In this document: piece after piece, positions 14,549-26,862 of the stretch
Numbering within the stretch: the stretch's first letter is position 1
How the letters are laid out: each line of letters opens with the position of its first letter
Assembly (NCBI GenBank): GCA_039096225.1
Contig: JBBPEB010000013.1
Coordinates: forward strand, 1,302,001 to 1,366,000
DNA from: Blastocystis sp. Blastoise
Lineage: Eukaryota > Protista > Bigyra: Opalinata
Length of the DNA: 64,000 nucleotides
Reading direction: 5' to 3'
Position numbers and translations under genes: made by a program
Notes under the pieces: model-generated
Seen by the model: the letters and a program-made list of their open reading frames with translations, nothing else
The model's database searches: none
Told to the model about the DNA's origin: nothing

Positions 14549-14758
14549 TCTCTTTTTATATCTCTGATACATTATACTTATCACATATTAATAGTTATCT
14601 TTTATTATAAGGTTTTTATTATATAGATTATTAATAATAGGTATAATGGAGTATTTATATATATATGTATATATATATATATATATAATTATATAATTAT
14701 ATTTTGGGTTTTTGTCTGTTAAACATATATACATGGTTATATTCAAATAATTAATATT
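11422..14758 (+). other. Multi-exon non-coding unit or decayed gene leading into tRNA-like element A
   Basis: Segments 11422-11490, 11526-11636, 11681-11780, 11826-11892 and 11930-11988 are bounded by TAG|...|GTATAT sites. The joined sequence has stops in all frames. Further AT-rich exon/intron-like pattern runs to ~14.7 kb. Confidence 0.4.
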
Positions 14759-14829
14759 CCTTAGACTGAATATGGTTAGTAGCAATCATTAATAGATTGT
14801 TATCAGGTTCAATTCCTGATCTAGGGTCA
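14759..14829 (+). ncRNA. tRNA-like cloverleaf A (non-canonical, linker-less)
   Basis: Acceptor CCTTAGA/TCTAGGG; D-stem CTGA/TTAG with GG in the loop; 8-bp stem TAGCAATC/GATTGTTA with loop ATTAATA; T-arm TCAGG-TTCAATT-CCTGA, which includes a perfect B-box. Confidence 0.7.
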
Positions 14830-15662
14830 TATATTATATTTTTTTATAAAAATTTTCAATATTTTTCTCTATAGATATTTTCATTCATTATAGCCAGTAT
14901 GAAAGGGTATATTGAGTTTCATGTAATTAAATAAACTCTATACATTGCTAGTCGCTTTTCTATAATGTTTTTAGTTTACTATATTCAACACACAACACAT
15001 TCACAATTACATTCACTTAGAATACCACATTCATTATTTTGTTTTGCTATATATCCTATTGATCAATTCTACACACAAATAAAAAATAAATATTCATCAA
15101 TAACACCTTGAAGTCTATAAACACGCAATGCATTCTTTGTTTATACTCTTAAAAAGCATTTAAATCATCTATATTAATATGATTGACACTAAAAGTCATT
15201 TGTAACATTTCTAAACTACTTTTAAAACTGTTGAAGAACCTTAACGAATTTACATTACCTCGAAAACTATTATAATCAACTTTGGCTTATACGAGTCATA
15301 ATTAAATTTAAATTATTAACAGAATGTCAGAATAAAGGCATTCTAACTCAACATATCACCAAGAAAAATCGATTCTGTTTGTAACTTCCCTAAAATTAAA
15401 TTAATTACTAAAAGACGTATTTTAATTAATGTTGAATTTAAATTTAAACACACACAAACTCACCTTTTCTGACAGTTCTACACATTTAGGCAATCTAGTG
15501 ACTATCATATAATCGACTAATTCTTCTTGCCTTCATCAAGTCTAGTGATTTCCTTATGACAAGAAGCATCAATTTTGTTTTATTCAACACTCTATAAATA
15601 ATTAATCAATTAACTATTTTTATTTACATAAATACATACTCCATCAACAACAAGAAGACATC

Positions 15663-16222
15663 ATGAGTAAGAATAACAGTTTAAAGTATTTAAATAAAAT
15701 AATAAATAATAAAAAGTAGAAATATTAAGATTTCAATAAAATTTAATAAGTTAATTTATAGTGAAGTTTCAATAATCATATAAAAAAAATGATTAATTTC
15801 GTTTTTGTATGTTTTAAGTATATATTTATCTATATATAGGCCCTAGGAGTATAGTAGAGTACCTTCCAGTCTCCATTGGCAGATTGATCTGTTGTGCTAT
15901 GTTCTCTTTCTCTATGGTGAGCTTGTCTGAGTGGTGTAAAGTGGTTGAGCTAGATGATCTGCTATTGTATTGTGGTTTAAATTGGATGATGTGACGTCAC
16001 CATACAAAGTTATTTCTTTAGGCTTTCTCACTGAGTAGCAATTGGTCGGTTATATTAACTGAGCGTGGCTTGATACTTTCAAAAAAAAAATTTACTTAAT
16101 TGGATAAACAGATTGGTCTTAAATTACAGAGAAGGATGGATCTCTTCACTTAATCACTACCTATACAACTCAAATGCTTATAATTAGAGTTAGTTTGTAT
16201 TAGTCATATTCAGATTCTAGAT
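15663..16222 (+). other. Spliced unit (ATGA|intron 15667-15839|GC-richer exon); possible 52-aa small ORF or non-coding RNA
   Basis: ATG A|GTAAG...TATAG|GC CCT gives MSPRSIVEYLPVSIGRLICCAMFSFSMVSLSEWCKVVELDDLLLYCGLNWMM*, with TGA at 15992-15994. Codon usage is atypical and no family was recognised. Confidence 0.3.
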
Positions 16223-16350
16223 GTATATATTTTCTGTATTTATTTTCTTTATAATTATAATTATAATATTATATAGATATTTATATAGGTTATTATATAG
16301 TTATTAAGCCTAGTTCTTGTTCTTCTTGTCACTAACTTCTTGGTTTTTCT

Positions 16351-16395
<45 letters not shown>

Positions 16396-16544
16396 TTTTT
16401 TTATTTTGCTTACATATTATTATTTTCTTTATTATTAAGAATTACTTTTATTTTTCTTTATTATTAGTTTAATTCAATATATTTATAGACTTATTTATAT
16501 TTTTTATTCTTTTTCTTATATATATATATATATATATATAGGCA

Positions 16545-18600
16545 AAACTTTTATATATTTGTTTTTCTTCATTCTTATTTTCTCCTCTTGTCCTGAATTG
16601 GCCTTGTTCTCCTCTTCTCTCTTCCATTCATCTACTCTCTAGTTTTTACTCATTTTTATTCTTATACTCTTATGTTATATAGAACAGTTAGAGTTATTTC
16701 TAATATTACTTTATAGTATGTTTTATTTCATGTTCTTCTATTCTATATTCTAGTTTTTCCTCACTTTCTTCTTTCCTCCATAATTATTACTGGTTCTTCT
16801 TCTCCTATCATTACATACTCTCTTCATTTCCTTCTCTTTATCATGATCTTCTTCTTTCTCATTTCCTTCAACTCTTCCTTTTCCTATTCTTCTTCTTTAT
16901 TTCCTTCTATATTATTACTTCTTTTTCTCATCTTCTTCCAATTATACTTTCCTTATTCTTTATTCCTTTTAATTCTCATCTACACATTGTTTCTATTTTC
17001 CTTCTTCTTCTATATATCCTTTTTTTTGTCTCCTTGTTCATTCCTTTCTCGTTCTTTTTCATCTATTTATTCTTCTTCTATTTATTTTAATTCTGAATCA
17101 CCTTCTCTCTATCTCTTTCTGTTTCTTCTTCTTTTATTTAATCTTATTTTTCTTCTGGTCCTTCTTGTCTTCTTTTTCTTCTCCTTCTCTTTCTGTATAT
17201 CCTTCTTCTATATATTGTTTTTCTCTCTATCTTCTTCATCTGTATTTTCTCTTCTATTTATCCTTATTCTTATTCTACATTTTCTCCATATCATTCTCCT
17301 CCTATATCTTATGTACCTCCTTTATCTTCTTCTTCTTCGTCTATGTCTTCTATTTATTCTTCTTCACCTTTTTTCTTCTTCTATATATATATTCTACTTA
17401 TTCTTCTCTATCCTTGTCTATATATCTTTCTTCTATATTTTCTGCTTCTACTTCTTCTTCTATATCTTCTATTTATCATTATTTTCCAACATATTTTTCT
17501 ATGGTACTTCTTCTTTTCTCTTCCTTCTCCTTCTTTTCTATGTCTTCTGTTTATCTTATTCTTCGTCTATATATAATTATTCTCCTTATTCTTCTTCTTT
17601 ATATATATATTCTTCTTTTTCGATATATACATATATATTTTTCGTTCTTTTCCTTGTTCTCCTTCTCAATCTCTTTCTCTTCATTGATATCCTTCTTCTT
17701 CTTCTTCTTCTTCTTCTTCTTCTTCTATTCATCTTTTTCTCCTTCTTCTTCTTCTTCTTCTCCTCCTCTGTCTTCTTCTTCTTCTATTCATCTTTCTTCT
17801 TCTTCATTTAATCATTCTTCTCCTCCTCTGTCTTCTTCTTCTATTTATCCTTCTTCTCTTTCTATTCTCCTATATATCCTTTATCTCCTGTTTTTCCTTC
17901 TCAATCTCCTTCTCTATATCTCTTTCTTTTTATCCTTTTTCCACTTTTTCTATATTTTTCGCTTCTTATCTTTCTATATCTTCTGTATATCATTCCTCTC
18001 CTTCTTCTTCAGCATCTTCTTTTTATATCTTATAATTCTTTCCTCTTTATATTATTCTCATTTCATTCCATTTCATCTATTTTTCTATATCTCATTATTT
18101 TCAATATTTATTATACAGAATATCATTTATATTTAATGTTTTTCACTTTCATTATCTTTTCCATATACATTATAGTCTTATTTGCTTTTCCTACATCTTC
18201 ACTTGTTCTTCTTATGTGTATTCTCCTCATATTTTTATTTCTTTTCTAATAGATTTTCCTTTATAGTTCTTCTAACTCTTCTCTACCTTCTTTCTTCTTT
18301 TTCTCTTCTACATGATTTTCTATTCTTCATGTTTCTTTTTTTTCTTTTTTATCTTCTTATCTTATTATCTATATGTGCTTCCTCTTCCTCTAATTCTTCT
18401 TTATACATATAAATTCTTTTCGCTATTTATCATTCTAATTATTTCCTTATTCTCATTTAATTAATATTATTCTTCTTCTTAATTTATTTTCTCTTATTCT
18501 TCTTATTCTTGTCTTTAATTTTTTTCTATACACAGTTCCTGTCTTTTATTATCTTTTATATCTATATATCTATTTTCTCTTCATATTTTAATTATTTCTA
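16545..18600 (+). repeat. ~2-kb polypyrimidine (TTC/TCT-rich) low-complexity tract, mirror in composition to 6280-10315
   Basis: The + strand is strongly T/C-rich and nearly G-free, with (TTC)n runs. The long ORFs here are compositional artefacts. Confidence 0.85.
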
Positions 18601-18731
18601 TCTGTTATACTAATTAATCTAATATTTATTTTTTATTAATAAAAACATTTTTCAATTTTTATTTCTTATTTATACTTATTATTTCATTAATTTATATACT
18701 ACTTATTTATATATTTATTTTATATATTTTA

Positions 18732-18768
<37 letters not shown>

Positions 18769-18806
18769 ATTATGTATTTTAATATTATTATCATTATTAT
18801 TATTAC

Positions 18807-18876
18807 TCTTATGCTCTAGAAGGTGAGAGGCTATCATAATTAGATAGCAATCAGGTTCAACTCCTGACATAAGTCA
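18807..18876 (+). ncRNA. tRNA-like cloverleaf B (paralog of A)
   Basis: Acceptor CTTATG/CATAAG plus a terminal T.T mismatch; D-stem CTCT/AGAG with GG in the loop; stem GCTATC/GATAGC with loop ATAATTA; T-arm TCAGG-TTCAACT-CCTGA. Same 68-nt span as A. Confidence 0.7.
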
Positions 18877-20071
18877 TTCCTTATATATATATATATATTT
18901 TTTTATTTAATAAAAGTTTTAATTATATGTTCTTTTTACACTTATGAATGCATTTATTAAATTATTTATAGCTCTTTATCCTTTAAAACTCCATAGTTTC
19001 TGAAATGAGTTGTAATCTGATTTATTCTCAACAGTGTAGCTTATTCAAAATATATTAGAATTGAGTTAAATGCAGTTTTCAAACTTAGATTCATTTTTTA
19101 TTTTCAAAATATACTCAAATACAGAGTATATTCAGCAATCATTAATAATTTAATGACTGTAGTTTATTATTTTAAACTGAATTCTGGTCAGTATGCTCAA
19201 CATAAGCAACTAAACACAACACATACACATTCATGATTTTTAAACAACATTTTCCATTTCGACATTTACTTGATCCATTATAAAACTATCTGTCCTTTTG
19301 ATATAGTATCGAGAAACTAATATCATATACCAAACAAAACTTGTTAACTTGAATCTCGTCATCTATTAAATACTTTTCTTAATCAATTCACAGTTCATAC
19401 TCTTAAAACAGTTATTTGAGATTAATATTTATATGTTTGTCTTTAAACAATGTAACTATGACATTGTAATAGTATATATGAAAATATAAAGAATCAACAA
19501 ATCTGTTAATTATCAAAAAATAAGTTCTATTTTCTAAAAACATCTTTATAAGATTTATAAACTCATATAATATAAATATATAGATCTTATATAAAGTATT
19601 CATTGAATTAACTAATTTGTCAGTAAATTAAAAGTATGTTATATAAGGTAATTCTATGTTATCTTTTTTAATCAGGTTTATCTTATAGTTGTTCATCGCT
19701 TATACGTCTGCTAATCTTATTTTTTAAAACAATTACAGACAATTATGTTATGTTCCTTGTCTATTAAGTTTTTTTATTGAATTAATAGTATAAATACAGG
19801 GTATATAACAAAACAAATGTGTATATTAGTTAAAATAAGACATAAATATAAATAAAGAAAAATAGATAAAATTGCCAAAAAGCAAATTCAAGGAATAATA
19901 TAGTACAACAAATGAATTTCTAATAGAAACTTAAAAATCGATTGATTGGATCAAATTGTCAAATCCTAACGTCATAATATGAATTATTCTTTTAATTTTT
20001 TATTAATTTAAATTCTAGAAATACATCTAATAAACACGGTTATTATATAAATTAATACGATTGGACAATGA

Positions 20072-21892
20072 AATCAAAATGTTAACAGATATTTTTGGGT
20101 ATTTCTACCAAATCATAAAGAAGAAAATGCTGAAACCAATTTGTCTTCTACTGTTGTCAATACCACTTCTACTACTACAGAACCTACTATTCCTTCTTCT
20201 ATTCCTACTACTGATACTACTATTCCTACTGTTACTGATACTACTATTCCTTCTCCTATTCATGATGTTACTGATACGACTCTTCCTTCTTCTTTTTCCT
20301 CTACTATTGAACCTACTATTTTTCCTTCATCTTCTACTACTACTGAACCTGCTATTCCTTCTTCCACTTCTATAATTGATCCGGCTACTAACTCAATTTC
20401 CAATTCTGTTTCAATTTCTACTTCTGAACCTCCTGCTTCTTCGTCTTGTTCATTCTTTAGACTTCCTTCAGTTGCCAAATACGTAAAGAAATTCATCTCT
20501 CCTTTTAGAATCAAATCTTTGGCTACAAAAAAAGTGATTGTTCCTTTACAAAAAAGAGAAAGAACTTTTGGTAAAAAGGATCCTTTTTCTGCTTCTAATG
20601 ATCGGCTACTCAAAATTAAAAGCTATAAGAATGGTGATGGAAATCTTGACAATGATTCTAATCGTGATAGTCTTCCTGAGAAAGAATCTCGAGTTGATGA
20701 TGGAGAAGGAGTTCACCATTCCTTCTCTGGATTCACTTCTAATTCTTTTTCAGATAGGTCTGCTGCTACAAACGATCTGCTCCAAAAGAATGGAAAATTT
20801 GTAAAACCAGTAAATCCGCATAATGTGATTCCTTCAAATATATTTGGAAAAGGAATCACATTTCCAAATGGTTGTACAAATCCAGGGAAGCAAAAAGAGG
20901 GTATCTTGAGTAGAACCAAATATTCGCGAAAGACTGGTAGTGTTAATCCAATTGGTCTTCAAGTATTTTTTCCTATCAAAAGATCTATGGAATTAGATGA
21001 TGAAAATCAAATCAAAAAGAAATACCCTGAAACTGAGTTTGGTTGTTTTTATGATGAAAAAAACATTTTTAAAAGTAGTACTTACTTTTATAATTATGAT
21101 TCTTTTTCTAATAGAAGTTCCAAAAACAAAAAGAATATGAATATATATAGGTCTACTAGAAATAATAATGATGATCAAAATGAATGGAGGCTTGATATAA
21201 GTAAGTATAAAGGTAAGTATAGAGGTAAGAATATAGATATAGATATTGATAAAGATATAGATATTTATAATTATATAGATAAAAACAAAGATATAGATAT
21301 AGATAAAGATATTGATATTGATAATGATAGTGATATAGATATAGATAAAAGTAAGAATATATATATATATATATATAGATAAAAATTATTATTATATGAA
21401 TATATTTATATAGATAAGGATGTGAAGAATTCTAACAGTAATAAGGGTTCCTCTATGAAAATGAATGATAAATATTCTATAGATAATTATAAACATGAAA
21501 CAAATAACGATTTCTCCTTTCCTAATATGATAGATATATATGATGATTCTTTTCATGTTCCTTTCTCACTACCTAATAATTCTATATCACCATATCCTTC
21601 TATATCAGGATCTTATTATAATAATAATAACACTATTAGTACTTCAAATACTTCTTCTCAATCTATTAATAATCCTTCTTATTATTATTATCATTCTTAT
21701 ATGAATAATTCTTATTCTTATTTATCTCCTCCTTCTTATCCAACTTTTAATCCTCTTCCTTCTATTTCTTCAACGAATATATCTCCTTCTCCTTCTCCTT
21801 CTCCTTCTCCTTCTTCTTCTCCTCTTTCTTTTTCATCTTTTTCCTCTCGTCCTTCTTCTCCTTCTTTTTCTGAAGAAGATGAATTGAATTAA
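20072..21892 (+). CDS. Hypothetical S/T/P-rich, largely disordered protein (start codon unresolved)
   Basis: The 413-aa ORF joins the 156-aa ORF through a phase-compatible GT-AG intron 21351-21413. The frame is open from 20072 but has no in-frame ATG at its 5' end. A/T-ending codon bias. Confidence 0.5.
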
Positions 21893-22552
21893 ATTTATTC
21901 AATTCTTCATTATATAAAAAAAAAATTAAACAAAAAAAAATATCTAAAACTCAAAAAAATTCAACTTTATTCTTTCAATAACTTCTTCTTTTTATATTCA
22001 AAATATAATTAAATTCTTTATGTTTCTTATTTTTCTATATCTAGTTGTATATCACCACTATTACTTCTAGATAGAACTTTATTCCTGATTCTATTATTTG
22101 ATCTCAGTCTGCCACCACCTCTCTGTCTTCAAATAATTCTATCAGTGAATAAACAGAAACTTAAGAACTATAAAGAAATTCTATTAGTTTTGTTTATATA
22201 TTGCTTTTGTTATTGAATATTTATTGTTGTTTATATAATTGTTTAGTTTATTTAAAAGAATAATTCATTGAATAATTTTTTTTTGTTTATATTTATTAAA
22301 AAATATATGTATTATACATGAAATTGCAATATATAAAAAAAGTTACCAATTCTTATTATAATTATATATTATATTTTTTTTATGTTTCATTGTTTATAAT
22401 AGAAAAAAACTAAAATAACTGATAAGTTTTGACATTTAAAAAAAATATAAAAAAACATAAATAAAGAGATAAAAAAAATAAAAGAATATAAATAAAAACA
22501 TTAATAAAAAAATAATACACAATAGATTAAAAAAATATATAATATATATATA

Positions 22553-24214
22553 TTAAGCTCTTCCCCAGACTTCATAATCTTCTACATAAAAGTGATTATT
22601 AGAATTAGAGTTATTCGTATTCACAAATAATGAATACTTTTGAGGAGTATTACATACACTAGAATAAACTCCTTGACAATAAGAATAAGTATTACTATGA
22701 CATTGATCATAAATATGTATATCACCACCAATGAAATAAGGACCATTAGAAGAATGACAACATATACCACAACTTCTATCACTATTTATATAATCATATT
22801 TAGTAGGAGGAATATTATGTTCATTACTTAATGTAAAGAGGAATTCTTTAGAATAAGGTTTCCAACCTATATAAATGATAATGATTATATAAAATATATA
22901 TATACTATTTGAACTATTCCAACTTTGATTTGTATATCCTCCAAATATATTAATACAATCATCGTGACCTATATGTTTGATTATAGTTACTGTTTCTCCT
23001 TTATTATCACAGTATTTATGGAATTCACTTGCTTTATAATCATGTTCACTTGCTCTATATATAAAATGATATAATATAATAAAATATAAATACCTAAATA
23101 ATAATTTCCATCTCTTTTCTTTACCAAGCCAATTCACTAATGATCTCTCAAGTTCTTTATCAATAATAGTTGAGTGCTTGAACCATCCTGGAATCATTGC
23201 CTCTTTCGCTTCTTCTTTTCCTTTATCACCAAATAATTCAATCATTTCTTTCTCGAATATTTCATTATTAATACCAATAATCTTATCTTCTTCTATATCT
23301 ATATATCTATAATTTGCATATTGAGTAATATAATCAATATATTCATATTTCTTATTCATATATAAACTATCATCTAAAGGATTATAATTGATAAATCCAT
23401 TATCATAATTTTTAACATAATTATTCCATAAGTCATTCTTTATCAAATAATCTTTAATATTATCATTCTTATTTCCATTAATAAACAAAGAAACTTCATC
23501 CCCTTCTTCATATTTCTTCTTCTTTCGATCTCTTCTTTCTCTACAATTTATTAATTCTATAGGAATCACTAACCCACAGAATTCAAATAAATCTAATATT
23601 TTTAATTGTTCTTCATAAGAAAAAGAATCAAAATCCACTTTCTTTCCATTCAAATAATCTAATAAATAATAAATAAAAACATCTTTTCCAGGATAATCAA
23701 GATATATAGATCCATCATTTGCTCTGAATTCTTCATCACGCTGTTCTTCAATAAAAGAACCTTTCAAAGAATCTAAAACAGATTTCGACATTTGAAATAC
23801 AGGACCATTATTGGTAAATCGTATTAAATCCATATCATCATCATTATTATTATCCATATCCATCTTCATATTCTCATTATTCTTACTTTCATAAACACAT
23901 TTCTTTTCAAATTCATTACTTTCGCCTTCTTTCTCAATACAATCATCTCCTATATGCTTAATAAGCCTATTCATCGATATTCCAGAATGTATTCCAAGAT
24001 TCATCACTGATCCAAATACATTAACAACATCTTTCATCAATTCTTCATACACATTGATATCCTCCTTCAATCTATTGAATTTATCAATATCAAATAACAC
24101 CTTTTCTTTCACCATTAACGAGATAATGCTAATTAAATTAACTGAGCTGTTTCCCCTGTTTATTTTTACATGAATGTGATTCTTTTGTTTCTTCGTTACT
24201 CTATTCTTATTCAT
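22553..24214 (-). CDS. BTB/POZ-like plus TLDc domain protein
   Basis: N-terminal KCTD-like BTB (VFQMSKSVL..DGSIYLDYP..YYLLDYL). C-terminal TLDc motifs WKLLFRASEHDYKASEFHKYCDNKGETVTII, IFGGYT, FLFTL, GPYF, VEDYEVW. Two 39-nt GT-AG introns (23055-23093, 22867-22905). Confidence 0.9.
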   Translation of the reverse strand: MNKNRVTKKQKNHIHVKINRGNSSVNLISIISLMVKEKVLFDIDKFNRLKEDINVYEELMKDVVNVFGSVMNLGIHSGISMNRLIKHIGDDCIEKEGESNEFEKKCVYESKNNENMKMDMDNNNDDDMDLIRFTNNGPVFQMSKSVLDSLKGSFIEEQRDEEFRANDGSIYLDYPGKDVFIYYLLDYLNGKKVDFDSFSYEEQLKILDLFEFCGLVIPIELINCRERRDRKKKKYEEGDEVSLFINGNKNDNIKDYLIKNDLWNNYVKNYDNGFINYNPLDDSLYMNKKYEYIDYITQYANYRYIDIEEDKIIGINNEIFEKEMIELFGDKGKEEAKEAMIPGWFKHSTIIDKELERSLVNWLGKEKRWKLLFRYLYFIILYHFIYRASEHDYKASEFHKYCDNKGETVTIIKHIGHDDCINIFGGYTNQSWNSSNSIYIFYIIIIIYIGWKPYSKEFLFTLSNEHNIPPTKYDYINSDRSCGICCHSSNGPYFIGGDIHIYDQCHSNTYSYCQGVYSSVCNTPQKYSLFVNTNNSNSNNHFYVEDYEVWGRA

Positions 24215-25695
24215 ATAGAATTATTAATAGTATATTAAATAATTAATACTCAATAGGATCTACAAAGATCTGCTAAGAGTTCTTAAAAATAAAACATTCC
24301 TTGTGGATCTTCACTTCATTTATTATTCTAAATAGATAATTGAATATTAATAAGAAATATAGATGATACTACAAGCTGAATAATATGTCTAATGAATTTA
24401 TATCTCTTGCATAATTTACATTTTGATTAATAAGTCTCTTATTTTAAGCATATGCATTTCTATTTTAATTTATAATGTACATATATATACTTATAATGTG
24501 CTAATTAGTGTTTATATAGAAATGAAAAGTAACATTTTCTATTAATCATTCCTGATTTCTAACTGAATTTAATACATAATTGTTTATTTTTATATCATAT
24601 CTATGAAATGTGCATCTATTACTCAAATAGAATCTATTTTAGAACCTATTGATACAAAAAAAGCTCTCCTTATTTTCCTATCTCCTTCTTCTTATTCTTC
24701 CATTTCTATTTTATATTATTTTATTTCAAATTTTTATAAAACAATTGATTAAAATTTATAAGTCATCATATTCAAATAAATAATATATTATTTATATGTA
24801 TGATTAATAAAACTATTTTGATATTTTACTCGATAAGATATTATTGGTAATAGGAGTATATATTATTTATATGTTTCACATATATATTAAATTAGTAGAG
24901 ACATACATGAATAATTACATTTAAGGTTATTAGAATATATTCAGTCCATAATTCTCAAATGATATTCTATGTTTAAAAATGTTTTAATATAATAATTTTA
25001 AATAATAAGTCACAAAATATTTTATTACTCTCAATGTGTTGATTTAAAAATGTATTTGTTGCCAATATATAATAATATAATTGTGATTAGATTTATCGTA
25101 TTTTTAATTAATTATAAATATAAAAATACTTCATTATAAACTATTATATATTGAAAAAGAAAAATATATTCGGTAAATAATACGTTTTAATTATTTAATA
25201 CTATTTATCAAAGGCATTTAAGAATTAAAATGTTATTTAAAAATATAACTAAAATAAAAAAATATATAATATAATTAATTATCTTATTATATTAATTAAA
25301 ATGTTTATCTAGAAAGTTATTAACTTTAGTTTATTATATATACAAACAAATTAAAACAGTTTTTAACTATTCTTAAAGCTGTTGTTTTAATAATTGCAAA
25401 CCTCTAGAAAGATTTAAGAAATTAAAATTTCATAAATAATATAAAATTAAATTCATAATAAACCCTAAATAGTATTCTATTATATATTGCATGTATATAT
25501 GTTATAAGAAATTTACTTTATTTAATCACTACTATGTTAATATTTTCAAATAAAGCACGAAGAGATATTAGTAAAGTATTATATATACTTTATATAACAT
25601 TAATAAATGAAGAATAATCATGACAAGAAATTTATAAATAAAACAATTATAATATAAGTTATAAATAATCATATATTCAAAAGAATTAAATATTC

Positions 25696-26807
25696 TTAGT
25701 AAAGTTTATAATGCACGTGATTTTCCTGAATAAATGAAGAATCCTTTAATTGTTGTTTGCAGATATTAACTTGTTCAGATGAAATATCAGAATATAAACA
25801 AAGACTAAATTCTTTCAATTGAGGAAAATTTCCAGTAGTAATACATTTAGTAAGTTTTGATAATTGTTCATCATCAACTATTTTTAGTTTTAAACGTTTT
25901 ATACTTTTAGTTTTGTTTTCATTTATACAATCAAATAATGTTTCTATTTCATATTTACTCATCATTTTACCTATATGTATGAATAATATGATATATATGA
26001 TATATATATAAATATATACCATTGATACCAATAATTGAATCCATAAATAAATGAGTATCATATTTACATCGAAAAACAGAAGTACTAGGATCATAAATAT
26101 ATTCATCATTATAAAAAAACGATTCTATAGAAATATAATATTAATGAATATAAATAGAATCATTTCATATATAACATACTACTTAATATTAGATTACATG
26201 ATGATGGAAAGTTATTATTATTCATATATTCACAAAATGTTTTAATAATAGAAATCAACCATTCGTTATCATCATATTTACCTATATATACATATATTAT
26301 TTTTAAAAATAATCATTGTATAATAAAAATATGCATATACAAATATACATGATTTAATATATAAAATATTATTATTATTATTAATATATATATATATATA
26401 TACAAAAATTGATAGTTTTTAATTGAGGGAAATTATCTGTAGTATATAGTTTAAAAAAATTATCATCCGGTATATCACTAATTCCTAATTTAATATTCAA
26501 AAAAAAATATTAGGATAAAATATATTATATATTATAATTGAAACATTATATGTATTTAATATATATATACCTAGAAATAATTCGGTTGTATTATGAAAAT
26601 AACCTTTCGGAATTAATCGATTTATAAAAGACATAGTACAACCTAATAATAATAATTAAAAATAATTAAATATTTTTTTCTAATTATATAAATAATTACA
26701 TTTTATAGTAACAATAGAAGCCTTTGGAATTAATATCTTCATTATATTTTCATATATAGTTAAATACTCAGATGATGAATCTTCATTGATAAGTACTATA
26801 TTTATAT

Positions 26808-26862
<55 letters not shown>

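Noticed and set aside
14788-14794. tRNA-like A as an ochre suppressor (TTA in the loop), or A/B as Leu(TAA)/Ile(AAT) tRNAs
   Set aside because: TTA is off-register. The loops have A32/U37 and the cloverleaves lack the 8-9 connector and variable loop needed for a normal L-shape.
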